DNA of 64,000 nucleotides from an uncultured Acidimicrobiaceae bacterium (lineage in GTDB: Bacteria > Actinomycetota > Acidimicrobiia > Acidimicrobiales > Bog-793), in contig CAWJBM010000005.1 in the NCBI GenBank assembly GCA_963841155.1, forward strand, positions 264,475-328,474, written 5' to 3'. This document shows, piece by piece, positions 16,890-26,304 of this stretch. The position numbers and the translations under genes are program-made. Every line of letters starts with the position of its first letter. The first letter of the stretch is position 1. The notes below the pieces were generated by a model, which saw only the letters and a program-made list of their open reading frames with translations, was not told the DNA's origin and did not search any database.

Positions 16890-19800
16890 CTAGCTTCTAC
16901 CGGCTCGGAATGCCTCAGGCCAACCGCCGTGCTGCTCGATCAACTGGTCAATCTGAACCATGACGCGCCCTGTCTCCCTGACACCCGCGACAATCCTTCC
17001 GTAATGTTTGATGTCCGCCTTAGACAGTGTTCGACCCCGGCGATCCTTGAGCCATTTCTCGCAGACTCGATAACCCCCAACCCGGAACTTCCAGACCGCC
17101 TCGTCCACCCCGCCAAAACCGTTACCGCTCGCCCCGGCGATCACATCGAGCCACACGCTACCGTCCGACCAACCCACGCGACCCACTACCGGATTCCTCC
17201 TACCGGTGTATGTGCAGCCTTTGTGGCCAAGCTTCGACGACTCCATAAGGTGCAGCGAAAGAAGTTCCTTGCCGAGCCGAACCAGCTCCTCAAACAGCCT
17301 TCGGTTCTCCGTTACGGGTATTCGTGGAAAGTCTAGCTGAAGAGCTAACCGAAAACGCCGCCTATACTCAGGCGAATTCAAGACGGCATAAACGTATGCA
17401 AACACATCGCCATCAGGAGGCTCTCTCCCGAGCCTTTCGCGAAACACAGCGATATCGAGATTAGAAGTCATTGGCGAAATCCCAGCACCAAAGGCGCCCA
17501 ACCCCCTTGGAACCCTCTGAGGAAAGGAATAGCAGTTAACCGAGCTTGTATTCGATAGAAAAATTACGTCGGCGAACGTTCGCGAAACGAACACGTGCGC
17601 GAAAACAGAATCCTTTACGATCTTCGTGGTCAGCAAGATCGGCGTTCCGTCGACACAAGATTTAAGCTTCGGCACCGCCCGCGTCCAAATCGCAGGATCA
17701 TAGTACGTGAAACGAGTGTCGAAAGGCCTATAAGAGTAGGGCACCACAGCGCTATCACGCAGCGGCCGATTGCTAGGTAAGTCTGCAAACTTCCGACCCG
17801 CCTCGGTCAGTTTATGTCCAGAAGCGATGGCCTCCGACCTCTTGAACTCACGAAGTTTCGCTATCACCTCCTCCGGCGAGAAGGAGACAAGTAGATCATC
17901 ATCCCCAGGCTTGCCGGATACGCTACAGAATCGGAATATGGCAGTCAAACTCGGATATTCACTGAATTCAGGCGTGAGGTCCCCGGCCCATGGGACAAGC
18001 AAGAAATACGGAGCGGTCGGTACGATACTTACAGATGACACTCCTCTCGCTGCGGAGAGCGCGTCATACTTGTACTTTCGTTCACCGACCAGTTCTGAGT
18101 ACTGAACTGCCTTATCGAAGGGTCCCTTCGACACCAAGCTAATAGCGACTCCCTGTAGAATGTCAAAGACGTTTTGATCTCCCACGCCTCTGCTACCAAG
18201 GAAGTCGACGTAACCACTGCCGTGTAGGTTGACAACATGGACGACCGCGTTGTCCATCAAAAGCTGTTCTCTCATTCCTCGGTGTATCCTGCCGGACAGG
18301 TACGTGTTATTGGTGATCATGCCGGATATGCCGAGACCTGACTGCGAAAGTAGGCGTTGCGCAAGCGCAATGAACTTAATGTAATCGTCAGAGAGCGGCT
18401 GGATATTCTTCTCTTCCTGAACGGCTTGCTTGTAGCTCTTGATTAATGCCGTGGCAAAGTTGCCCTTGTTCGCGGATGCTCGTGAATAGGGAGGGTTTCC
18501 GACGACAACCGTGAAGCGGCGGTCCCGCTTGATCTTGCTGACCGCCTCCGCTTCATGAGCAAGGGCCGGAATCGCAAACTCAAACTTCCCCGTGAAGTCG
18601 TAGGGAGGCTCAAGGGAATTCGTCAGGTAGATGCGAGCCCGCTGGTTGCTGCGGAAGCGATAGCCCGTCTCGTAAAGCTTCAACCCTGTCTTGAGGTGCG
18701 CTATCGCGTAGGGGGCCATCAGGAGCTCGTAGCCGTACAGGCGGGGCAGCAGGTGCTCCGGCACGTAGTCGTTCCATAACGTCTGGATCTTCCTCTCGTC
18801 ACACCCATCAGACTTCCACCTCGCGGTGAGCGTCTTGTGAATAACGTCGATTACCTCGACGAGGAAGGTGCCGGTTCCGGTGGCGGGGTCGAGAATCTGG
18901 ACGAAGGCTTGATCCGGGTTGACGCCAGTAGGAATCTGGAGCTCCTTGTGTAGCTTGGCCATCTCACGCCACGTGGTCGTGTCGGCAAGACCGTCCTCAA
19001 GGCCGAACTTTGTACGTAGCATTTCGTCTACAGAACGCACAATGAAGGCGACTACGGGCCGTGGAGTGTAGAAGACTCCTCGACTTACCTTTTGTTTCTT
19101 GTCGTAGGCGGCCAAGAAGTCCTCGTAGAAGTGGATGACAGGGTCCTCGTTAGGGTTCCTGTCCCCGAAGTCCCGAATGACTGCCTCCATGTTGGCGTCG
19201 TCGAGCAGCTCTACCACCTCGCCGACCCCCAACTCGTCGAAATCGATTGCAGGTCCATCAGTCTTCGTCCGCCGACCGCCTGTATAGAGGAAGGTCTCCA
19301 TCAACTCCTTGAGGAACGGATTGGTCATCGGCATCGCGAGAGCCGCGTCGTGCGCACGGTCTGTCTTTGGGTTGGCCACCCGCGCCGAGAGCAAGCCGTA
19401 CGCGATGGTCTGCGCGTACATGTCCGCGAAGCCAGGTTCGTCCAGATCGTGCACGAGAGCCTCGCGGAAAGCCGCCATCAGCTTGGTGAGCCGCCCATTC
19501 TTCGTCTCGATTGCCAGCGCTGTCTGGATGCGGTCTCGAATCGCGCGAGCGAGCACTGCCAAGCGGATCGACAGCTCACGAGAAGTCGTGATGACCTCGC
19601 GGTGTCGGACCGTGAAAGCTGCAGCCCAAGCAGCGCGCCATGACTCCACATTCCTGTCGTCATCGGGCCATGCGAGATCACGCACCAAATGATCGGCTAC
19701 GTCGTCCAGGTGCAGCAACGTATCGAGGTTGTCCCAGCCCAGAACCTTTAGCGTCGGCAGACTTTGTCTGGTCGCGTCCTCGGAAAAGTGTGCAAATGTT

Positions 19801-20192
19801 ATCTGGCGCTCCGAGCCCTCCCCGTAGTTGGAGATGAAGAGCAGATCGTTCACCGCCCACGCGGTGCGCTCCGCCTTATTGGCAGATGCACGCTTCTTGA
19901 GAGCCACCTGGCTGAGAATTCGTCGCAACGCAACTACAGGCAACCGCTTTGGTTCGAACTTGATGAAGAAGATTCCCCAGGGCTGGTTCACGGAAAGCGG
20001 ACGTAAGCGCTTTATCTCCTCGATCTTGGCTGCACTCTTCGCGTCGATCCCGAGTTCCTGGGCTGAGTACTCAAACGTCATCTCCTCGAAGTCAGCCGTA
20101 CCGATCGGCCAATCCATTTCATCGTGCAGAAATCGGAGCAGTTGGGGGAACGTACGAATCCTCTGCAGCTGAGCACGGTAGTTGCCTTGCAT
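16890..20192 (-). CDS. N6-adenine DNA methyltransferase / target-recognition protein of a split type ISP-like R-M system
   Basis: About 1100 aa from 'MQGNYRAQL'. SAM motif I 'ILDPATGTGTFLVEVI', motif IV 'VVVGNPPYS' (gamma-class order) and C-terminal 'LQLDFPRIPV...LGKELLSLHL', typical of type ISP/PglX-like C-terminal domains. Start is 4 nt after the helicase stop. Confidence 0.85.
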   Translation of the reverse strand: MQGNYRAQLQRIRTFPQLLRFLHDEMDWPIGTADFEEMTFEYSAQELGIDAKSAAKIEEIKRLRPLSVNQPWGIFFIKFEPKRLPVVALRRILSQVALKKRASANKAERTAWAVNDLLFISNYGEGSERQITFAHFSEDATRQSLPTLKVLGWDNLDTLLHLDDVADHLVRDLAWPDDDRNVESWRAAWAAAFTVRHREVITTSRELSIRLAVLARAIRDRIQTALAIETKNGRLTKLMAAFREALVHDLDEPGFADMYAQTIAYGLLSARVANPKTDRAHDAALAMPMTNPFLKELMETFLYTGGRRTKTDGPAIDFDELGVGEVVELLDDANMEAVIRDFGDRNPNEDPVIHFYEDFLAAYDKKQKVSRGVFYTPRPVVAFIVRSVDEMLRTKFGLEDGLADTTTWREMAKLHKELQIPTGVNPDQAFVQILDPATGTGTFLVEVIDVIHKTLTARWKSDGCDERKIQTLWNDYVPEHLLPRLYGYELLMAPYAIAHLKTGLKLYETGYRFRSNQRARIYLTNSLEPPYDFTGKFEFAIPALAHEAEAVSKIKRDRRFTVVVGNPPYSRASANKGNFATALIKSYKQAVQEEKNIQPLSDDYIKFIALAQRLLSQSGLGISGMITNNTYLSGRIHRGMREQLLMDNAVVHVVNLHGSGYVDFLGSRGVGDQNVFDILQGVAISLVSKGPFDKAVQYSELVGERKYKYDALSAARGVSSVSIVPTAPYFLLVPWAGDLTPEFSEYPSLTAIFRFCSVSGKPGDDDLLVSFSPEEVIAKLREFKRSEAIASGHKLTEAGRKFADLPSNRPLRDSAVVPYSYRPFDTRFTYYDPAIWTRAVPKLKSCVDGTPILLTTKIVKDSVFAHVFVSRTFADVIFLSNTSSVNCYSFPQRVPRGLGAFGAGISPMTSNLDIAVFRERLGREPPDGDVFAYVYAVLNSPEYRRRFRLALQLDFPRIPVTENRRLFEELVRLGKELLSLHLMESSKLGHKGCTYTGRRNPVVGRVGWSDGSVWLDVIAGASGNGFGGVDEAVWKFRVGGYRVCEKWLKDRRGRTLSKADIKHYGRIVAGVRETGRVMVQIDQLIEQHGGWPEAFRAGRS

Positions 20193-20196
20193 TGCC

Positions 20197-23100
20197 CTAC
20201 CCCTCGTTGAGTTCCATCCAGCACTTGAGCGCTGGCTTTGGCGCGTCGAGCGGGACATCGAGGCGCTTAAGGTAGGTGTTCTTAATGTGCTTCAGCACCG
20301 TGTCCCTCGCGTCCTTGAGGGCGTCCGCACCCGTGACACAACATCGAGGTGTGTTGGGCTTCGAGCGGATGCTCTCCAGGATGTCCCCCGGTACATCAAA
20401 GATTTCGCCGGGGTCAGAATCGCATAGGAACCAACTGGTCGGCCCTGCCTCTAGGGTGAATCTTCCAAGGTCGTGATCGAAGGCTGGCAAGGCGTAACAG
20501 AGGAAGACGCCACGCCTTCCTCGGGTTGGACGCTTCCGACCTGAGAACACCGAGCCCGGTAGGGCGTCGAGCCGGGCAACGAGAGTCTCGTCGTCGTTCA
20601 GTAGAGCCTGATACTCAAGGCGCATGTCCTCGACTGTGGTCTTCGTGCCCTCGTAACGAGCATTGAACTCTCTGAGGGCTTCGTAGTTGTCTTCAGGGGT
20701 CAGGAGCTTCCGACCCTCTATGCCAAAGGTCCTGGAGATCAGAAGCGTCTTCCGGGTGACTTGCGTGTAGAGGGAGAGAATGCCTTTCAGTTCATCGGGA
20801 GGAAGGAAGTTCCAAAACGCAACATGGCCGCGATCTTCGGCGATCTCGGGATGGTCCCTGATCAGAGCGGCCTCGATCACTGGGTCTAAGCGCCGGTCGA
20901 CTCGACCGATGCGTTGCATCAGTCGCACCGGGTTCCAGTGGATGTCGTAGTTGATGAGTCGGGTGGCGTCCTGAAGGTTCAAGCCCTCAGAGAGGAGGTC
21001 CGTGGAGATGAGGACACGAATCTCACTCTTACCCTGTCCAGCGAGAACTGCAGTACTTGACCGGTTGTAATAGGGCGAGAAACGCTTGATGACTTCGGTC
21101 CGGTCTGTCTTCGTGGCACTATCAATCTGGCTCACACCGAGGATGCCAGCGTTGGAGAGCTGACGTTCAAGGTAGCGAGCTGTATCGGCGAACTCTGTGA
21201 AGATGAGAACTTTTCGCCGGGCGAGATCTTTGCTCTTGAGCAAGCGGATCAGCTTCTGGACCTTGTCATCCTGCGCAGGCGTGAATTGCTGCGTGTGCTC
21301 AAGGAACTTAGCGATCTGATCGAGGTCGAGCATAGATTCCTGCAGCATCTCGCTGAGGTTGTACTCATCTGGAGGTAGGTGACGGACATCTTCAAGCAGT
21401 TCGGGCGACACAACGTCTTCATCGGCGTCTTCATCGGCGTCTTCCTCCTCGCCTCCCTCCGGCCAAAGGGTGAGCTGCGAATCGGGGTGATAGCCGATCA
21501 CGGCGGCGTGCTGACGCTTCCAACGGTCAAGACGGCTCTTTTCCGCTTCGGTTTCACTGTGGACCTGCACGAAGGCAAACAGCTTTCGAAGGAGGGTGTC
21601 CAGGGAGCGCTCGAAGGCATATACGGAACTCTCGAAGCGTTTTAGGAACTGGGTTCGGATCAGGCCCACCACCTGCCGCTGGCGGTTTTCTTCGCGTGGA
21701 TCGACGCTGTCGTCCGGGCCGATGTAGTAGGCCAACGGGTAGTACATCGGCAGCGAGAAAAGAGGGTTCTTCTTCTCGAACGCCTGCTCAAAGAGGTCGA
21801 GCACCTGCCCGTAGGACTTCCTCACTGAGTAGTCGGCTACCTGGGGCGGGCGACGCTCCGGGAAGACCGTCGCTGCACCCGTTTCTTGGATCTGGCTGGC
21901 CCGAGCGTAAGCCCGGCTTCGTTGAACGACGAGACTGCGAAAGATCACGTCTCCAGCCAGCACGTCGTGGGCTTCCTCTAGTAAGCCCTCCTGTTGGGCC
22001 TCGGGCGCGTCACCCAGTGAAAGCTGGAGCGTCTTGTCCATGGCCTTGAAGTGCGCGGTCAGGCTGTTCACGCCGAGAGTGCGTGCAAAGTAGGTCTCTT
22101 CGCGGCGGGTGAACAGTTCGGCCATGTGGCGAAAGTCGGAGAGCTGGTTGTTGATCGGCGTAGCTGTCAACATGTAGAGCGTCTTCTCGCGACCGCCGCC
22201 AAGGACGTCGTAGAGACGCCGATAGCGTGAGCGGCGGTCCCCATTTGTATCCGAGTCACCAGTTCGGCCTGGGTTCCGGAAATGATGTGCCTCGTCAATG
22301 ATCACAACGTCGGCAAGCTCGGTGACACGCGCAAACCGCTCTGGGAAGTCTCCCTTGCGATTCAGATCTGTGTGGCTAAAGACAGCTAAGTTGCTGAAAT
22401 CCGCGCCGCCTCCGATGCCACCGATGTGCGGCAACCGGTCCCGCAAGTGAGGTTCCCAGACACTCTCCTTGGCTCCCTTCGGCGCAAACAGGAGCACCCG
22501 CTTGTTCTCGTGCAGCACCAGCCTTTCGATAAGCATCAGGCCAACGAAAGTCTTGCCAAGCCCTACGCCGTCGCAAAGGAAGGCTCCGCCGAATTGTCGG
22601 GCGATCTTCATGAGCGACCCGTAGGCTTCTTTTTGGTAAAGGTCGAGCGCGGGAAACATCTTGGACTGGGTCTCGTCCCATTCCCCAGCCGTCAGCTCGT
22701 GGCCGCGGAAAAACTCGTGCAGCGCTTTCGCGTACACCTCAAATGGTGTGTGCTCCGCTGTGTGACGCGTGATGACGTGGAGAAGGTCCGGGGTGACGTC
22801 CTTGGCTTCGGACCAGTGTTGATCGAACCACGCCTGGAGCTGGGCAACCTCCCGGCTACTCTGGACTTGGATGTTGAGCTCGATGTTCTGGGTCAGCCCG
22901 GGCCGCGTGAAGTTGCTCGATCCCACGAGAGCCTGAGCACCGACCACTTCGAGCCGGGCGCGTGTGATGTAGGCCTTGGCGTGGAACTTCTCTTGGTTGT
23001 ATATCCGGCACTCGATTCGCCCGGTTTGCAGCGCGTGAACGATGGCATCCACGCCCTGGAGGAAGGGATTCTCGTGCTTCTCTTCCTCCAGGCTGACGTC

Positions 23101-23364
23101 AAGCCGCACCTTGGACCGCTTTCGAACTGCCTCCAAGAGCGCCTGCCTCGTCGGCCGGCTGAACTCATCCCCCATGAGGATTCGAATCTTGTCAAGTTTC
23201 TGCCAGTCGCTGTCGAGCTCCAGCAGCGCCCCAATCTCGAAAAACCCTGTGGCAATGTCGAAGCTGGTCGCGATCCCGCACCACTCGCGGAGGTACCTCA
23301 GGCCGGTCCAGCCAGAAATGCTGTTGTCGACGATGAAGAGGTCCCTGCCGGTCCGTTCAGCCAT
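20197..23364 (-). CDS. PLD-family nuclease fused to SNF2/SF2 helicase
   Basis: 1055 aa. N-terminal single HKD motif 'FHAKAYI...LVGSSNFT'. Helicase motif I 'DGVGLGKTF', II 'DEAHHFRN', VI 'QRIGRVDRR'. Confidence 0.85.
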   Translation of the reverse strand: MAERTGRDLFIVDNSISGWTGLRYLREWCGIATSFDIATGFFEIGALLELDSDWQKLDKIRILMGDEFSRPTRQALLEAVRKRSKVRLDVSLEEEKHENPFLQGVDAIVHALQTGRIECRIYNQEKFHAKAYITRARLEVVGAQALVGSSNFTRPGLTQNIELNIQVQSSREVAQLQAWFDQHWSEAKDVTPDLLHVITRHTAEHTPFEVYAKALHEFFRGHELTAGEWDETQSKMFPALDLYQKEAYGSLMKIARQFGGAFLCDGVGLGKTFVGLMLIERLVLHENKRVLLFAPKGAKESVWEPHLRDRLPHIGGIGGGADFSNLAVFSHTDLNRKGDFPERFARVTELADVVIIDEAHHFRNPGRTGDSDTNGDRRSRYRRLYDVLGGGREKTLYMLTATPINNQLSDFRHMAELFTRREETYFARTLGVNSLTAHFKAMDKTLQLSLGDAPEAQQEGLLEEAHDVLAGDVIFRSLVVQRSRAYARASQIQETGAATVFPERRPPQVADYSVRKSYGQVLDLFEQAFEKKNPLFSLPMYYPLAYYIGPDDSVDPREENRQRQVVGLIRTQFLKRFESSVYAFERSLDTLLRKLFAFVQVHSETEAEKSRLDRWKRQHAAVIGYHPDSQLTLWPEGGEEEDADEDADEDVVSPELLEDVRHLPPDEYNLSEMLQESMLDLDQIAKFLEHTQQFTPAQDDKVQKLIRLLKSKDLARRKVLIFTEFADTARYLERQLSNAGILGVSQIDSATKTDRTEVIKRFSPYYNRSSTAVLAGQGKSEIRVLISTDLLSEGLNLQDATRLINYDIHWNPVRLMQRIGRVDRRLDPVIEAALIRDHPEIAEDRGHVAFWNFLPPDELKGILSLYTQVTRKTLLISRTFGIEGRKLLTPEDNYEALREFNARYEGTKTTVEDMRLEYQALLNDDETLVARLDALPGSVFSGRKRPTRGRRGVFLCYALPAFDHDLGRFTLEAGPTSWFLCDSDPGEIFDVPGDILESIRSKPNTPRCCVTGADALKDARDTVLKHIKNTYLKRLDVPLDAPKPALKCWMELNEG

Positions 23365-23582
23365 CCCTTGTCACGATACGTCGCACCCAGTCAGTGGGTG
23401 AGCTTTCCCAGAGCAGCGGCCCTCACGCGCAGTCAACAAGGCAGCGTCCGACTCAAAACCTGGCAACTGCGCCAGACTCAACCAAGTCGTCTTCTTGGGC
23501 GCTTCCCGGCGTCAAAAGGCACAGAAATGGCGGGGTCTGATGCCATCGGTTGAAAGCAACCTTACGAGCGGCCTGGAAGCTG

Positions 23583-23591
23583 TAGGTTGCA
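23583..23591 (+). promoter_or_regulatory. TAGGTTGCA copy about 60 bp inside the right att repeat
   Basis: 'tgtaggttgcagtg'. Same orientation as the copies at 6297, 6310 and 8043. Confidence 0.35.
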
Positions 23592-23649
23592 GTGATGGTT
23601 GTAACAGCCACCATTCTTGGATTGCTGCCCGACAAAAACTGCCTCTGAA

Positions 23650-23726
23650 CTGGTGGGCCGTACAAGACTTGAACTTGTGACCTCTTGCGTGTCATGCAAG
23701 CGCGCTACCAGGCTGCGCCAACGGCC
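23650..23726 (-). tRNA. tRNA-Val (anticodon GAC), CCA-encoded
   Basis: The reverse complement folds by hand. Acceptor GGGCCGT/ACGGCCC, D stem GCGC/GCGC, anticodon stem CTTGC/GCAAG with loop AT-GAC-AC, T stem ACAAG/CTTGT with loop TTCAAGT, discriminator A plus CCA. Confidence 0.9.
23651..23695. repeat. Island att repeat within the intact tRNA-Val
   Basis: Identical to 6117-6161. Confidence 0.85.
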
Positions 23727-23839
23727 CCTGAGGAGGTGACGCTACCATCGTGCAGCGCCTTGCTCATCGTCGGACACCGGGGTGCGTCCATCGCGTCGCC
23801 GCCCACGGCTAGATTGCCGCCGTGCAGGCCAACGGTGAG

Positions 23840-26239
23840 ATGCCGCGCCCGAGCGTCGGTGAGAAGATCACAAGGGCCCTCGGGTTCGTCGCAGTAGCCG
23901 GGGCGACGATCTTCGTCATCTGGCAACTGCGACCCGACCTGCTCTTCAGCTCGAACATGGACGTCGGCGGCGACAACGCCGGCCACATAGTGACGCCGTA
24001 CTTCCTGATCCACGACCTGCTGCCCCAAGGGCGCATCACTGGGTGGGATCCTCAGTGGTTCGAAGGCTTCCCGTTGTACGTCTTCTACTTTCCCCTACCT
24101 GCCTTGTTCGTCGCGGCGCTCTCGGTCGTGTTCCCCTATGCGGTTGCCTTCAAGCTCGTCACTGTCCTCGGCCTGGTCACTTTCCCGGCGTCGGCCTGGG
24201 CCTTCGGGCGATTGGCGGACTTCAAGAGGCCCGTGCCCGCGTTGATGGCCGCGGCAACTTTGCCGTTCTTGTTCAATACCTCCTACCACATCTATGGCGG
24301 GAACATAGTCTCGACGCTCGCAGGCGAGTTCTCGTTCTCTCTCGCGCTCACGAGCGGATTGCTCTTCCTCGGCGTGTTCGCGTACGCGCTCCGGACCGGC
24401 CGGCTCCGTTGGCTGGCGGCGGCGCTGTACGGGGTGACGCTGCTGTGCCACGTCGTCCCGGCACTCGGCTATGCGGCCATCGCGATCCTGCTCGCGCTGA
24501 GCCGCTGGAACAAGAACACCTGGCGGGTGCTTGTTCCGGTCGGCGCGGTCGGTGCACTGCTCGCGGCGTTCTGGCTCGTTCCGTTCGCCGTTGACCTCCC
24601 CTACAGCTCGTCCATGGGCTACACGAGGGTGATCGGCGTCTGGTCGAACATCTTTCCGCGGGGCTATCTCTGGATGATCGTTCCAGCGGGGCTCGGCGCG
24701 CTGATCGCCGTGATCCGTCGAGACCGGACGCCCATCGTGTTCCTCGTCGCGACGCTGGCCTCGGTGGCAGGGTTCCAGTGGCTACCGGCCGGCTTCGTCT
24801 ACAACGGCAGGTGGCTGCCGTTCTACTTCCTCTTCACGGCGCTGCTCGCCGCCTACGGCGTCGGGGAGGTCTTCCGCCTCGGCGGCCGCTGGCTGCAGCT
24901 CGACTCCTGGCAGGCACCGGCCGCGATCGTCGTCGGCAGCCTGGGCGCCCTGCTTGGCGCGCTCATCGCCGGCGGCATTGCGATCCCGGGCTTCCAGCCC
25001 AGCGGCAGTCAGATCGAGGTGCCCGGCTGGATCTCCTGGAACTACACCGGGTTCCAAGGCAAGTCGGGCTGGCCCGTCTACCAGGGAATCGTGCGCATGC
25101 TCGACAAGGCCGGCCGCACCTACGGATGTGGGCGGCTCCAGTACGAGTACATCACCGAGACCCAGAACCCCTTCGGCTCCACCGAGGCAACGATGGCTCT
25201 GCCGTACTGGACCAACGGGTGCATGGACACCATCGACGGGGTCCTGTTCGAGTCCTCGACAACCACGCCGTTCCACTTCCTCGACCAAGCCGAGTACTCG
25301 CTTCCAGGCGAGTCCTCAAACCCGGTCTCGTTCCTGACCTATCCCTCCTTCGACCTCGCCGACGGGATCCGGCATCTGCAATTTGCGGATGTGCGCTACT
25401 TCCTGGCGGTCTCGCCGCAGGTCGAGACGGCCGCCAAGAGCGTCCCCGGACTCGTCAAGATCGCGTCGACCCCGGGTTTCCCCGGCCCGATCGACCAGGC
25501 GACTGTGAGCGACCCGGTCTGGGACCTCTACCTGATCAAGGGCTCACAGCTCGTGACGCCGCTGGACCACCTCCCCGTCGTGGAATCCGGTGGCTCCGCA
25601 ACAGAGTGGCTCGACACCAATCTGAGCTGGTGGGAGAGCGAGAACTACTGGCCCGTTGAGCTCGCACTGAATGGACCACCGAACTGGCCCAGGGCGCCGG
25701 TGGGGACGCTTGTGCCACCGTCGCAGGCACGCCCCGTCGAGCCGACAACGGTGACAGACGCGCGTACGACGAACTCGGGGGTCAGCTTCAACGTCGGGCG
25801 GCTCGGCGCCCCGGTGCTCGTGAAAGTGCCCTATTTCCCGAATTGGCATGCCACCGGCGCCCTCGGTCCGTACGAGGTGTCTCCAAATCTGATGGCAGTC
25901 GTGCCGACAGCACACCACGTCACGCTCACGTACGGCACCACGGGAGCCGACCAGCTTGGCAAGCTTGCCTCGCTCGGGGGCGTTGTCGGTCTGGGCATGC
26001 TCATGACGCTCAGACCGCCCGTGGTGAGACAACCACCCAGCACGCCCGAGCCGGTGCCGCCGACGCGCGACGACGAGCCCGAGGGTGGAACGCAGAGTCG
26101 CTCGGAAGACGAAACCGAACCGATCGCGACTGTCGCGGTCCAGGAGCTCCACGGCCCCCCGTTCCCGGAGCCGGAGCCAGAACCCAAGCCGGGGCCGGCG
26201 CCCAACCCCGGTGCCACACGCCGGACGTGCGGCATCTGA
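23840..26239 (+). CDS. Large polytopic membrane protein with extracytoplasmic C-terminal domain (GT-C-like glycosyltransferase candidate)
   Basis: About 800 aa. More than 10 hydrophobic helices in the first ~400 aa, a soluble C-terminal half and a Pro/Glu-rich tail. Followed by an LCP gene. Function inferred from architecture only. Confidence 0.55.
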   Translation: MPRPSVGEKITRALGFVAVAGATIFVIWQLRPDLLFSSNMDVGGDNAGHIVTPYFLIHDLLPQGRITGWDPQWFEGFPLYVFYFPLPALFVAALSVVFPYAVAFKLVTVLGLVTFPASAWAFGRLADFKRPVPALMAAATLPFLFNTSYHIYGGNIVSTLAGEFSFSLALTSGLLFLGVFAYALRTGRLRWLAAALYGVTLLCHVVPALGYAAIAILLALSRWNKNTWRVLVPVGAVGALLAAFWLVPFAVDLPYSSSMGYTRVIGVWSNIFPRGYLWMIVPAGLGALIAVIRRDRTPIVFLVATLASVAGFQWLPAGFVYNGRWLPFYFLFTALLAAYGVGEVFRLGGRWLQLDSWQAPAAIVVGSLGALLGALIAGGIAIPGFQPSGSQIEVPGWISWNYTGFQGKSGWPVYQGIVRMLDKAGRTYGCGRLQYEYITETQNPFGSTEATMALPYWTNGCMDTIDGVLFESSTTTPFHFLDQAEYSLPGESSNPVSFLTYPSFDLADGIRHLQFADVRYFLAVSPQVETAAKSVPGLVKIASTPGFPGPIDQATVSDPVWDLYLIKGSQLVTPLDHLPVVESGGSATEWLDTNLSWWESENYWPVELALNGPPNWPRAPVGTLVPPSQARPVEPTTVTDARTTNSGVSFNVGRLGAPVLVKVPYFPNWHATGALGPYEVSPNLMAVVPTAHHVTLTYGTTGADQLGKLASLGGVVGLGMLMTLRPPVVRQPPSTPEPVPPTRDDEPEGGTQSRSEDETEPIATVAVQELHGPPFPEPEPEPKPGPAPNPGATRRTCGI

Positions 26240-26304
26240 GCCGGGGGCGACGCGACCAAGAGGTGATCACGAATTCCGGCTGATGATGGGTATCCTCCCT
26301 TGAC

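Larger units (their letters stand above)
6117..23695. mobile_element. tRNA-Val-integrated genomic island (~17.6 kb) with int/xis, RepA-like ATPase, defence-type cargo and an IS21 copy
   Basis: Perfect 45-bp direct repeats at both ends, one inside an intact tRNA-Val. Tyrosine integrase and excisionase inside. Interior visibly lower in G+C than the flanks. Confidence 0.8.

Noticed and set aside
16890-23364. Assignment of the helicase/methylase pair to DISARM class 1 or to BREX
   Set aside because: SNF2, PLD and an adenine MTase are DISARM-like, and the 'DFPRIP' tail is PglX-like. However, no drmA/drmB (DUF1998) or pglZ/brxC genes exist anywhere in the island, and there is no room for them between the IS21 end and the att site.
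22426-23553. 375-aa plus-strand ORF
   Set aside because: Antisense to the PLD-SNF2 gene, which carries all diagnostic motifs. No motifs of its own.
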